Notes under the pieces: model-generated
The model's input: only the letters and a program-made list of their open reading frames with translations
Told to the model about the DNA's origin: nothing
Databases searched by the model: none
Made by a program: the position numbers and the translations under genes
Shown: in pieces, positions 11,401 to 22,598 of the stretch
How positions within the stretch are numbered: the stretch's first letter is position 1
How the letters are laid out: every line of letters begins with the position of its first letter
Assembly: GCA_002269645.1 (NCBI GenBank)
Contig: NIVC01000195.1
Span: 186,001 to 250,000, forward strand
Direction of reading: 5' to 3'
Length of the DNA: 64,000 nt
DNA from: Macrostomum lignano
Lineage: Eukaryota

Positions 11401-14400
11401 ACAAGCAGGACAACCCCTACCACAACGCCGTGCACGCTGCCGACGTCACCCAGAGCACCCACGTGCTGCTCAACGCCCAGGCGCTGGACAATGTCTTCTC
11501 CGACCTGGAGATCCTTGCCAGCATCTTCGCCTGCGCCATCCACGATGTGAACCATCCGGGAGTCACCAACCAGTTCCTTATCAACACCGGTGAGTGGATG
11601 CCCCATGTAGGGCGTACGCTACACTCTCTGTCCCTCACCCTCTCGCCTAAACTTGTTTACCAATTCTCGACCAATCACACATCGCTTCACCCCCACCCCA
11701 CAATCCTATATCCTAAGAATGAGTTGTCTGTATGTATGTGGATAGTATTGACTAATGTATAGCACTTGACGCCTGCATGCCTGGAGGTCCCTTGCCCTGA
11801 CCCCGATGGACCATGAGGTTTTCAGGCTCATCAGGTTGCAGCCGGCGCCGCTGTCGATCAGAAGGTTGGCTTTGCGGCTCCGGATGGTCGCCCTGACGCG
11901 CGGCAGGCGATTCCTTCGGGATTCGAGACAGAAAACTTCGCAGCTGCTCTCCAGGTCCTCTGGCTCGGCTCGCCCCTGGGCCGATACCGCGTGCACTTTC
12001 TCCTCGAATCCGCCGGGGCTGGACAAGCAAGCCTTCGCCAGGTGTCCGATTTTGTTGCATTTGTGGCAGGTTTTCCCTCTTGCCAGTCCTCTTGCCCAGC
12101 TCTCCACACCGAATGCATTTGGCTTCCGATCGGGGCTCCTGGCCGTGGCGCTTTCGCTGGATCGAGTTTATCGTCTCGTTGTTCCGCGCTTCCATGGCTG
12201 CTGATTGAAGTTCCGCCGCCTCGAAGGCTCTTGCTTGCTGCAGTGAGTCCTTTAGGCTGATGTTGCGAGTTTGCAGGAGTGTCCGCCGGAGCTGGGCGGA
12301 TCTGCAGCCGGCCACTATTTGGTCTCGGTTGAGCAAGTCGCGCTGGGACTCGAACTCGCAGCCATCGGCTGCTGCGTAGAGGCGCTGTGTCCAGGCCTCC
12401 AGTGACTCGCCAGTTTGCTGATGCAGTGCCGGAATTCGAACCTGATGAACACGGGGTTGTGCCTGTCGCTGGAGTGAGTCCTGAATGCCTGTCGCTGTAG
12501 TGAGTCCTGAATGCCTGTCGCTGTAGTGAGTCCTGAATGCCTGTCGCTGTAGTGAGTCCTGAATGCCTGTCGCTGGAGTGAGTCCTGAATGCCTGTGGCT
12601 GTAGTGAGTCCTGAATGCCTGTCGCTGTAGTGAGTCCTGAATGCCTGTCGCTGGAGTGAGTCCTGAATGCCTGTCGCTGTAGTGAGTCCTGAATGCCTGT
12701 CGCTGTAGTGAGTCCTGAATACCTCGATCAGATCGTCAAGAGACTTTCCAGTTCGATTCAGCTCTTTGAATTTGTCCGCCAGCTGCTTGCCGCCTACGTA
12801 ATGAAGAATTCGCACTTGTGATGCCATTGGCTGCGACAAACCTTTTGAAACGGCCGGACCACTCCTCCCACTTTGCTGAGAGGTTGTGCTGCTCTGTTTC
12901 ATCATTAAACTGCTCAGGCGGGGATAGCTGCTGAGGCACAGACATTCTGACTGCTTGCGATGCCAATGTAAAGTCTAGGTTTGCGTGCCAAGAAAGGTGG
13001 CCTCTGTATGGCTTTGTTAACTTAATATATTTATTATTCAATATTGTGGGGTGGGGGTGAAACGATGCGTGATTGGTCGAGAATTGGTAAACAAGTTTAG
13101 GCGAGAGGGCGAGTCATGAATAATAATTTGGGGCAGAGAGTGTAACGTACGCCCTACACCCCTGACACCTTGATTAGATCATCCTGACACCTGATTAGAC
13201 TGACCTGACACTTTGATTAGACCATCCTGACACCTTGATTAGACCATCCTGACACCTTGATTAGACCATCCTGACACCTTGATTAGACCATCCTGACACC
13301 TTGATTAGACCATCCTGACACCTTGATTAGACCATCCTGACACCTTGATTAGACCATCCTGACACCTTGATTAGACCATCCTGACACCTTGATTAGACCA
13401 TCCTGACACCTTGATTAGACCATCCTGACACCTTGATTAGACCATCCTGACACCTTGATTAGACCATCCTGACACCTTGATTAGACCATCCTGACACCTT
13501 GATTAGACTGTAGCGCTGGCTACCAAAGGATAAAGATTATTAATTAAGTTGAGCGAAAAGGTTAAACCTCGGCTGGGGGGCGATCGCGTCTATTTAATGA
13601 AAAATAAAGTACAGTTAGTTTGAGGCTGAAACCCAAAGTTGGAGTTTGGGTCATAGACAACCTAGCTAGTGGGCACTCAAAAGAAAGTACTTTTATTAAT
13701 CGCAAGGACAGTGGGAAACAAGGCGCTACAAGACCATCCTGGCACCTTGATTAGACTGACCTGACTGAATTCTCTTGATACTGAATACATGTAGATCCTC
13801 TTGATGACCTTGATACAGTCACCTGACATCTTGACTGGATCTATCCAGCAGATTCACTTCCATTTCCTTACATCATAGCCAGATCCTTCTGACATCATGA
13901 CCAGATCCTTCTGACATCATGACCAGATCCTTCTGACATCATGACCAGATCCTTCTGACATCATGACCAGATCCTTTTGACATAATGACCAGATCCTTCT
14001 GACATGATGACCAGATCCTTCTGACATCATGACCAGATCCTTCTGACATCATGACCAGATCCTTCTGACATCATGACCAGATCCTTCTGACATCATGACC
14101 AGATCCTTCTGACATGATGACCAGATCCTTCTGACATAATGACCAGATCCTTCTGACATCATGACCAGATCCTTCTGACATCATGACCAGATCCTTCTGA
14201 CATCATGACCAGATCCTTCTGACATCATGACCAGATCCTTCTGACATCATGACCAGATCCTTCTGACATCATGACCAGATCCTTCTGACATCATGACCAG
14301 ATCCTTCTGACATCATGACCAGATCCTTCTGACATCATGACCAGATCCTTCTGACATCATGACCAGATCCTTCTGACATAATGACTAGATCCTTCTGACA

Positions 14401-16277
14401 TCATGACCAGATCCTTCTGACATCATGACCAGATCCTTCTGACATCATGACCAGATCCTTCTGACATCATGACCAGATCCTTCTGACATCATGACCAGAT
14501 CCTTCTGACATGATGACCAGATCCTTCTGACATAATGACCAGATCCTTTTGACATAATGACTAGATCCTTCTGACATCATGACCAGATCCTTCTGACATC
14601 ATGACCAGATCCTTCTGACATCATGACCAGATCCTTCTGACATAATGACCAGATCCTTCTGACATCATGACCAGATCCTTCTGACATGATGACCAGATCC
14701 TTCTGACATAATGACCAGATCCTTTTGACATAATGACTAGATCCTTCTGACATCATGACCAGATCCTTCTGACATCATGACCAGATCCTTCTGACATCAT
14801 GACCAGATCCTTCTGACATCATGACCAGATCCTTCTGACATCATGACCAGATCCTTCTGACATCATGACCAGATCCTTCTGACATCATGACCAGATCCTT
14901 CTGACATGATGACCAGATCCTTCTGACATCATGACCAGATCCTTCTGACATCATGACCAGATCCTTCTGACATCATGACCAGATCCTTCTGACATCATGA
15001 CCAGATCCTTCTGACATGATGACCAGATCCTTCTGACATAATGACCAGATCCTTTTGACATAATGACTAGATCCTTCTGACATCATGACCAGATCCTTCT
15101 GACATCATGACCAGATCCTTCTGACATGATGACCAGATCCTTCTGACATAATGACTAGATCCTTCTGACATCATGACCAGATCCTTCTGACATCATGACC
15201 AGATCCTTCTGACATCATGACCAGATCCTTCTGACATCATGACCAGATCCTTCTGACATCATGACCAGATCCTTCTGACATCATGACCAGATCCTTCTGA
15301 CATAATGACCAGATCCTTTTGACATAATGACTAGATCCTTCTGACATCATGACCAGATCCTTCTGACATCATGACCAGATCCTTCTGACATCATGACCAG
15401 ATCCTTCTGACATAATGACCAGATCCTTCTGACATAATGACCAGATCCTTTTGACACAATGACCAGATCCTTCTGACATCATGACCAGATCCTTCTGACA
15501 TCATGACCAGATCCTTCTGACATCATGACCAGATCCTTCTGACATCATGACCAGATCCTTCTGACATCATGACCAGACCCTCCTGACATCATGAACATGT
15601 CTCTGACGAGATTCTTCTGACAGCCTGACCCCCTCCCCGCCGCAGAGAACGAGCTGGCCATCATGTACAACGACGCCAGCGTGCTGGAGAATCACCACTG
15701 CGCCGTAGCCTTCAAGCTGCTGCAGGAGCCGAACAGCAACATCCTGCGCCAGCTGGAGGATGGACAGCGGAAGCAGCTCCGCAAGATGGTCATCGACATG
15801 GTGCTGGCCACCGACATGAGCAAGCACATGTCGCTGCTGGCCGACCTCAAGACCATGGTGGAGACCAAGAAGGTGGCGGGCGGCTGCCTGCTGAAGCTGG
15901 ACAACTACAGCGAGAAGATGCAGATCATGCAGAACATGGTGCACTGCGCCGACCTCAGCAACCCGGCCAAGCCCATGCCGCTGTCCTCCCAGTGGGTCAC
16001 CCGCGTCATGGAGGAATTCTTCAGCCAGGGCGACCGCGAGAAGGCGCTCGGCCTGCCGGTCAGCCCCATGTGCTGCCGGGAAACCGCCAACGTGGAGAAG
16101 TCGCAGGTGTCCTTCATCGACTTCATCGTGCACCCGCTGTGGGAGGCCTGGACCGAGCTGGTGCACCCGGATGCTGAGCACATCCTCAACACGCTGGAGG
16201 GCAACCGGGATCATTACTCGGACTTGTCAGCAGCCAAGGAGGCCGCAGCAGCCGCCAAGGCCGGCCAGGAGACCTAG
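538..16277 (+). CDS. PDE4: cAMP-specific 3',5'-cyclic phosphodiesterase 4 (dunce/PDE4), long form with UCR1+UCR2; exons 538-734, 2913-3089, 6329-6451, 8322-8353, 9131-9246, 9331-9436, 9811-10199, 11325-11589, 15646-16277 (2037 nt, 678 aa)
   Basis: UCR1 [14 protein letters not shown] and [10 protein letters not shown]; UCR2 [14 protein letters not shown]...MASSKFKKML; catalytic motifs [59 protein letters not shown]. All junctions are GT-AG with matching phases and the total is divisible by 3. Exon 1 (RRHSCHTC|CFEEN, like PDE4D3 RRHSWICFD) and the 32-nt exon are less certain than the core. Confidence 0.95.
721..2275 (+). repeat. compound minisatellite: GTCACACCTGCTGGTGAGTGACTCTCTGAAGAGCA plus variable (CT)n, about 25 copies; each copy contains the exon-1 donor site
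   Basis: direct reading; unit core is invariant and the CT tract length varies. Confidence 0.95.
3462..3515 (+). CDS. putative alternative first coding exon of PDE4 ([18 protein letters not shown])
   Basis: ATG 3462, strong donor GCG|GTGAGC at 3516; phase 0 fits the second AG (6332) of the CAGGCAG tandem acceptor. Confidence 0.3.
4100..5412 (+). repeat. TGACTC-rich array with a 50-bp higher-order unit made of five 10-bp subunits, degenerating into a (CT)n microsatellite at about 5325-5412
   Basis: TGACTCTCCC TGACTCACTC TGACTACTCC TGACTCTCTC TGACTCTTCC repeated in the same order. Confidence 0.9.
6069..6328 (+). CDS. putative alternative N-terminal extension of PDE4, read in frame into exon 6329-6451
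   Basis: ATG at 6069 opens a GC-rich stop-free frame (MLESGAPQ...[11 protein letters not shown]) continuous with [12 protein letters not shown]; contains a PKA-type RRGS motif. Confidence 0.45.
7284..8290 (+). repeat. 41/42-bp minisatellite GCAGTTTCCCGCCCTCCC(C)TACCGCAGCTGCAGATTCCTCAT, about 24 copies
   Basis: direct reading; it generates the spurious repetitive ORFs at 7220-8422. Confidence 0.95.
8659..9083 (+). repeat. 17-bp minisatellite ATCCCCTGCTCTCACAG, 25 perfect copies
   Basis: direct reading; 425 bp / 17. Confidence 0.97.
9480..9780 (+). repeat. degenerate ATCTGACACAC-type intronic array
   Basis: direct reading. Confidence 0.85.
10288..11287 (+). repeat. 31-bp minisatellite CGGGTCACGGGAACTGACACAATTCTCCCAA (CAAG variant), about 32 copies
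   Basis: direct reading; fills PDE4 intron 10200-11324. Confidence 0.95.
11606..13158 (-). mobile_element. decayed Ty3/gypsy (Mag-like) LTR-retrotransposon fragment: LTR (13158-12967, TGTA...TACA), PBS-like TGGCATCG, frameshifted gag with CCHC knuckle, aspartic protease; ends in an inverted copy of the LTR 5' part (11606-11704)
   Basis: gag from ATG 12945: [43 protein letters not shown]; zinc knuckle [14 protein letters not shown]; protease [13 protein letters not shown]; several frameshifts; no RT or integrase; flanks CCCCA/CCCCT resemble a 5-bp TSD with one mismatch. Confidence 0.85.
12465..12722 (+). repeat. 26-bp minisatellite GCCTGTCGCTGTAGTGAGTCCTGAAT, about 10 copies, inside the gag remnant
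   Basis: direct reading. Confidence 0.92.
13170..13510 (+). repeat. 22-bp minisatellite CCATCCTGACACCTTGATTAGA, about 14 copies
   Basis: direct reading. Confidence 0.93.
13880..15590 (+). repeat. 22-bp minisatellite TGACCAGATCCTTCTGACATCA, about 77 copies
   Basis: direct reading; variant blocks recur within the array. Confidence 0.97.
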
Positions 16278-17019
16278 GGCCACTCCCCATCCCTCCCAGA
16301 CTCCTCCCAGCTTCATTGTCTCTCCTCCTTGTTCACCTTGGCTTTTTGTGATGGAAATTCCATTGCTGTTTTTTGAGTTTCAGGTCTGCAGCTCCGCCTT
16401 TCAGCTGTTTCCGGTTTAGTCCTGCGCTGAGCAGCGTTGAACTTGCGGGTTCTCACTGCGAAAATCCGCGTGAGCTCGTGAGGGATTCAAAGTCTCAGCT
16501 TAAACTCATTATTAGCTTCAAAGTGAGCTGCTCCCTCTAGATATATATAATATAGGTAAACTGTGACTGCAACCATTTCAATTCATTTAGACTTGATGAA
16601 GTCACTCCGCTCAACACTCAAACCTGTTGGTTTTGGCTAAGCAACCCTCTGGTCTGAAGGCCACAAGTTCACGCCCTTCTGCGCCACCCCTGCACTGATT
16701 TCCCAAAAACAATTATTTTCAATTTTTGGTGTTTGGTTAACTCGCGCTTTTTCTCTCCAATATTTTTTGACACGCAGTTCCGCTTTCACTCGCCGAGCGC
16801 AGAGGCAGAGTTTATAAATATATTGAAGAGTTTGTCAGGAGCAGATTGGTCAGCGTCTGAAGAAACCCTCCAGACTAAATTCTTTGTTAGTGAAAAGTTT
16901 GGCAAAACTGAGACTCAGGGTGACAGTCAGATTCTAAGTTAAGTCAAGAGAGCAGATGGAAATTGAACATAATGCGTGACAGAATACGCATTACTAGATA
17001 TCCTAGAAATACTCGAAGA

Positions 17020-18415
17020 AAATAAAACATTTCCTAGAAAGAATCAAATGACACTCGTATTTCCTAGAAAGAATCGAAGAAAATGACACATTTCCTAAAA
17101 AGAATCGGAGAAAATGACACATTTCCTAGAAAGAATCGGAGAAAATGACACATTTCCTAGAAAGAATCGGAGAAAATGACACATTTCCTAGAAAGAATCG
17201 GAGAAAAAGACACATTTCCTGGAAAGAATCAAAGATAATGAAACATTTCCTAGAAAGAATCGGAGAAAATGACACATTTCCTAGAAAGAATCGGAGAAAA
17301 TGACACATTTCCTAGAAAGAATCGAAGAAAATGACACATTTTTTAGAAAGAATCGGAGAAAATGACACATTTCCTAGAAAGAATCGGAGAAAATGACACA
17401 TTTCCTGGAAAGAATCAAAGATAATGAAACATTTCCTAGAAAGAAATGAAGATAATGACACATTTCCTAGAAAGAATCGAAGAAAATGACACATTTCCTA
17501 GAAAGAGTAATAGAAAATGACACATTTCGTAGAAAGAATCGGAGAAAATGACACATTTCCTAGAAAGAATCAAAGATAATGAAACATTTCCGAGAAATAA
17601 ATGAAGAAAATGACACATTTCCTTGAAAGGACAAAAGAGCTGGCACATTTCCATATTATGATCAAAAGAGCTGACACATTTCCTTGAAAGGACAAAAGAG
17701 CTGACACATTTCTATAAAAGGACAGAAGAGCTGACACATTTCCATATTATGATCAAAAGAGCTGACACATTTCCTTGAAAAGACAAAAGGGCTGACACAT
17801 TTCCTTGAAAGGACAAAAGAACTGACACATTTCCTTAAAAGGACAAAAGAGCTGACACATTTCCATATTATGATCAAAAGAGCTGACACATTTCCATATT
17901 ATGATCAAAAGAGCTGACACATTTCCATATTATGATCAAAAGAGCTGACACATTTCCATATTATGATCAAAAGAGCTGACACATTTCCATATTATGATCA
18001 AAAGAGCTGACACATTTCCATATTATGATCAAAAGAGCTGACACATTTCCATATTATGATCAAAAGAGCTGACACATTTCCATATTATGATCAAAAGAGC
18101 TGACACATTTCCATATTATGATCAAAAGAGCTGACACATTTCCATATTATGATCAAAAGAGCTGACACATTTCCATATTATGATCAAAAGAGCTGACACA
18201 TTTCCATATTATGATCAAAAGAGCTGACACATTTCCATATTATGATCAAAAGAGCTGACACATTTCCATATTATGATCAAAAGAGCTGACACATTTCCAT
18301 ATTATGATCAAAAGAGCTGACACATTTCCATATTATGATCAAAAGAGCTGACACATTTCCATATTATGATCAAAAGAGCTGACACATTTCCATATTATGA
18401 TCAAAAGAGCTGACA
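17020..18415 (+). repeat. two adjoining 31-bp satellites (CCTAGAAAGAATCGGAGAAAATGACACATTT, then CCATATTATGATCAAAAGAGCTGACACATTT) joined by intermediate units
   Basis: direct reading; shared GACACATTTCC core. Confidence 0.92.
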
Positions 18416-18834
18416 CGCACACGAGCTACACTATCAGAATTCGGACAACTGACAAAATTAACTTCAACTTGATCATCCAGCGCTGAAGCAACTACGCATA
18501 ACGGCAGGCCCGGTGCAAGTGCACCAAGGACGATTGCGCCTGCAATGCAGAACCATTAGCAGCACACACTGGAAGGAGGGGGGGGGGCTGCATCGCCTCC
18601 CTGCCGCAATCCTAGCTTAAAATGGAAGGCGAGAGGGCAGCGAGAGGATGGGGTTGTGTGCAGCCCAGCTGCGCAGTAATCTCCCTGCCTCCCTATCCCT
18701 GTGAACTGCGAACCAGCCCCAGCCCCGCAGCAGAGGATCAGGATGGGATAAATGCGCAGTCGCTTGCTTTAAGGTAGCGAAGCTTCATTTTCCTTTTAGT
18801 CCCAGAGCCGGAATCCGAATCCCAGATCCCAGCC

Positions 18835-20334
18835 ATGCCAGCCAGCCGTTGTTCGTGGCTGTTCATCTGCCTGCTGCCAGCCCTTGTCGCCACCCAGTGC
18901 GTGCACGAAGGCCGCATGGTGCCGAATGGCGGATTGCTGCCCAACCCGAGTGGAGACGCCTGCTTCGACCGGGTCTGCCGCTGCGAGTCCTGGGACCGCT
19001 GCCGCTTCGAGCTGGAGCGCAAGTCCGTGCTGGCCAAGGTCAACGAGCAGCGCCAGGCTGAAGCCGACAGCCAGCAGGGCTCTGCGCTGGTCCGCACTCT
19101 GGAGTGCAAGTGCGTGGAGGACCTGGAGGGCAGGTGAGTACGGAGCAGGCAGCACAGAATGGTGACGTTATAAAAGGCTTTTCAAGAAGATGCCTGACCC
19201 CCAATTCTGACCCCCCAGCTACCTGACCCCCACTACTGACCCCCAGCTACCTGACCCCCACTACTGACCCTGACCCCCAGCTACCTGACCCCCTAGCTAC
19301 CTGACCCCACTACTGACCCCCAGATGCCTGACCCCCAAACTGACCCCCAGCTACTTGACCCCCTAGCTACCTGACCCCCACTACTGACTCCCAAATGCCT
19401 GACCCCTAGCTACCTGACCCCAACTACTGACCCCCAGCTACCTGACCCCCAGCTACCTGACCCCCACTACTGACCCTGACCCCCAGCTACCTGACCCCCT
19501 AGCTACCTGACCCCCACTACTTACCCCCAGATGCCTGACCCCCAAACTGACCCCCAGCTACTTGACCCCCTAGCTACCTGACCCCCACTACTGACTCCCA
19601 AATGCCTGACCCCTAGCTACCTGACCCCAACTACTGACCCCCAGCTACCTGACCCCGAGCTACCTGACCCCCACTACTGAACCCCACTACTGACCCCCAG
19701 CTACCTGACCCCCTAGCTATCTGACCTGACCCCCAGCTACCTGACCCCCACTACTGAACCCCACTACTGACCCCCAGCTACCTGACCCCCTAGCTATCTG
19801 ACCTGACCCCCTAGCTATCTGACCTGACCCCCAGCTACCTGACCCCCAGCTACCTGACCCCCAGCTACCTGACCCCCAGCTACCTGACCCCCTAGCAACC
19901 TGACCCCCTAGCTACCTGACCACCAGCTACCAGACCCCAGCTGCCTGATCCCCCCAGCTACCTGCCCCAGCTGCCTGACCCCCCCCCGCCGCGGCAGCCA
20001 CGAGATGAGCTTCTTCTGCGCCAGCCGCCGCAGCGGCAACCAGACGGGCTGTGTGGATGCCGACGGCAGCATCCGCCAGCCCGGCCAGCGCGTCTCCGTG
20101 GAGACATCGGGCGGCGAGTCGCTCTTCTGCGAATGCAACGCCAATGGCCACTACGTGAACTGCGCCAGCCAGGACGACCTGCGCGACGATGACGGATGCC
20201 AGGACGAGGCCGGCGCTCGGGTGGCCCTCGGAGCCGCCTACAAGCGCACCCTGCAGCTGAACGGCCGCAGCGTCAGCCTGGAGTGCGTGTGCACCAAGTC
20301 CGATCAGGAGACCGCCTGCGTGCGGCTGGAGTGA
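18835..20334 (+). CDS. small secreted cysteine-rich protein, exons 18835-19133 and 19998-20334 (211 aa), three VWC/FN1/beta-microseminoprotein-like modules
   Basis: signal-peptide-like start MPASRCSWLFICLLPALVATQ; donor AG|GTGAGT at 19134 and acceptor GGCAG at 19997, both phase 2; repeated C-x(2-3)-G...CxC...C pattern; GC3-rich codons. Confidence 0.8.
19195..19960 (+). repeat. degenerate ~15-bp CTACCTGACCCCCAG array filling the intron
   Basis: direct reading. Confidence 0.9.
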
Positions 20335-20451
20335 CAGCTGGGGGCCGCGGTGTACATTCTGACCTGCTGCAACCGGGCACTTTGTCTGTCTAATCTTTTT
20401 GTTTATTTGGTATTTACTCATGATGGTCTATGGACATGTGTTCAATACACA

Positions 20452-21947
20452 TTACAGTAGCTGTACATCCAGATTACAGCAGCTGTACATCCAGATTACA
20501 GTAGCTGTACATCCAGATTACAGTAGCTGTACATCCAGATTACAGTAGCTGTACATCCAGATTACAGTAGCTGTACATCCAGATTACAGCAGCTGTACAT
20601 CCAGATTACAGCAGCTGTACATCCAGATTACAGTAGCTGTACATCCAGATTACAGTAGCTGTACATCCAGATTACAGTAGCTGTACATCCAGATTACAGT
20701 AGCTGTACATCCAGATTACAGTAGCTGTACATCCAGAGTACAGCAGCTGTACATCCAGATTACAGCAGCTGTACATCCAGATTACAGTAGCTGTACATCC
20801 AGATTACAGTAGCTGTACATCCAGATTACAGTAGCTGTACATCCAGATTACAGTAGCTGTACATCCAGATTACAGTAGCTGTACATCCAGATTACAGTAG
20901 CTGTACATCCAGAGTACAGCAGCTGTACATCCAGATTACAGCAGCTGTACATCCAGATTACAGTAGCTGTACATTCAGATTACAGTAGCTGTACATTCAG
21001 ATTACAGTAGCTGTACATCCAGATTACAGTAGCTGTACATCCAGATTACAGTAGCTGTACATCCAGACTACACCAGCTGTACATCCAGATTACAGTAGCT
21101 GTACATCCAGATTACAGTAGCTGTACATCCAGATTACAGTAGCTGTACATCCAGATTACAGTAGCTGTACATCCAGATTACAGTAGCTGTACATCCAGAT
21201 TACAGTAGCTGTACATCCAGATTACAGCAGCTGTACATCCAGATTACAGCAGCTGTACATCCAGATTACAGTAGCTGTACATCCAGATTACAGTAGCTGT
21301 ACATCCAGATTACAGTAGCTGTACATCCAGATTACAGTAGCTGTACATCCAGATTACAGTAGCTGTACATCCAGAGTACAGCAGCTGTACATCCAGATTA
21401 CAGCAGCTGTACATCCAGATTACAGTAGCTGTACATCCAGATTACAGTAGCTGTACATCCAGATTACAGTAGCTGTACATCCAGATTACAGTAGCTGTAC
21501 ATCCAGATTACAGTAGCTGTACATCCAGATTACAGTAGCTGTACATCCAGAGTACAGCAGCTGTACATCCAGATTACAGCAGCTGTACATCCAGATTACA
21601 GTAGCTGTACATTCAGATTACAGTAGCTGTACATTCAGATTACAGTAGCTGTACATCCAGATTACAGTAGCTGTACATCCAGATTACAGTAGCTGTACAT
21701 CCAGACTACACCAGCTGTACATCCAGATTACAGTAGCTGTACATCCAGATTACAGTAGCTGTACATCCAGATTACAGTAGCTGTACATCCAGATTACAGT
21801 AGCTGTACATCCAGATTACACCAGCTGTACATCCAGATTACAGTAGCTGTACATCCAGATTACAGTAGCTGTACATCCAGATTACACCAGCTGTACATCC
21901 AGATTACAGTAGCTGTACATCCAGATTACAGCAGCTGTACATCCAGA
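20452..21947 (+). repeat. 22-bp minisatellite ACAGTAGCTGTACATCCAGATT, about 68 copies
   Basis: direct reading. Confidence 0.97.
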
Positions 21948-22314
21948 TGGATGCACAGGTCTTATAAAAAACGCAGCTGCGGCGGCCTAAGTTTTTAAAA
22001 ATTTTTCCTAAAAATTGACAAACGCAAAAAACAAATTCAAAATTGTTTGAAGCTCAAAGTACAAATAAGGTGAGATGAATTCTCTTGTATTTATTTTGAG
22101 TATGCTTTATGAGTAGGCCATTGTTAATCTCTTAACATCAGCTAATCCAGGGTAAGCGGAGTTTGCAATAGTTTTAGTTTTGAGAACGACTTTACAAAAA
22201 TTATTATATTCAAATCTAAAAGCGCGAAAGTCCAGAGAAAACAAAGGTGCAAAAAGTGGCTGACAAAGTCAAGAAAGAAAGCATCAGCAAACTTAGGAGC
22301 AGATGAGGATGACT

Positions 22315-22593
22315 CGGGTGCTCAGCTCCCCGAGTGCTCAGCTCCCCGAGTGCTCAGCTCCCCGAGTGCTCAGCTCCCCGAGTGCTCAGCTCCCCGAGTG
22401 CTCAGCTCCCCGAGTGCTCAGCTCCCCGAGTGCTCAGCTCCCCGAGTGCTCAGCTCCCCGAGTGCTCAGCTCCCCGAGTGCTCAGCTCCTTGAGTGCTCA
22501 GCTCCCCGAGTGCTCAGCTCCCCGAGTGCTCAGCTCCCCGAGTGCTCAGCTCCCCGAGTGCTCAGCTCCTTGAGTGCTCAGCTCCCCGAGTGC
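22315..22593 (+). repeat. 16-bp minisatellite GAGTGCTCAGCTCCCC, about 17 copies, abutting the stop codon at 22599
   Basis: direct reading. Confidence 0.93.
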
Positions 22594-22598
22594 TCAAT

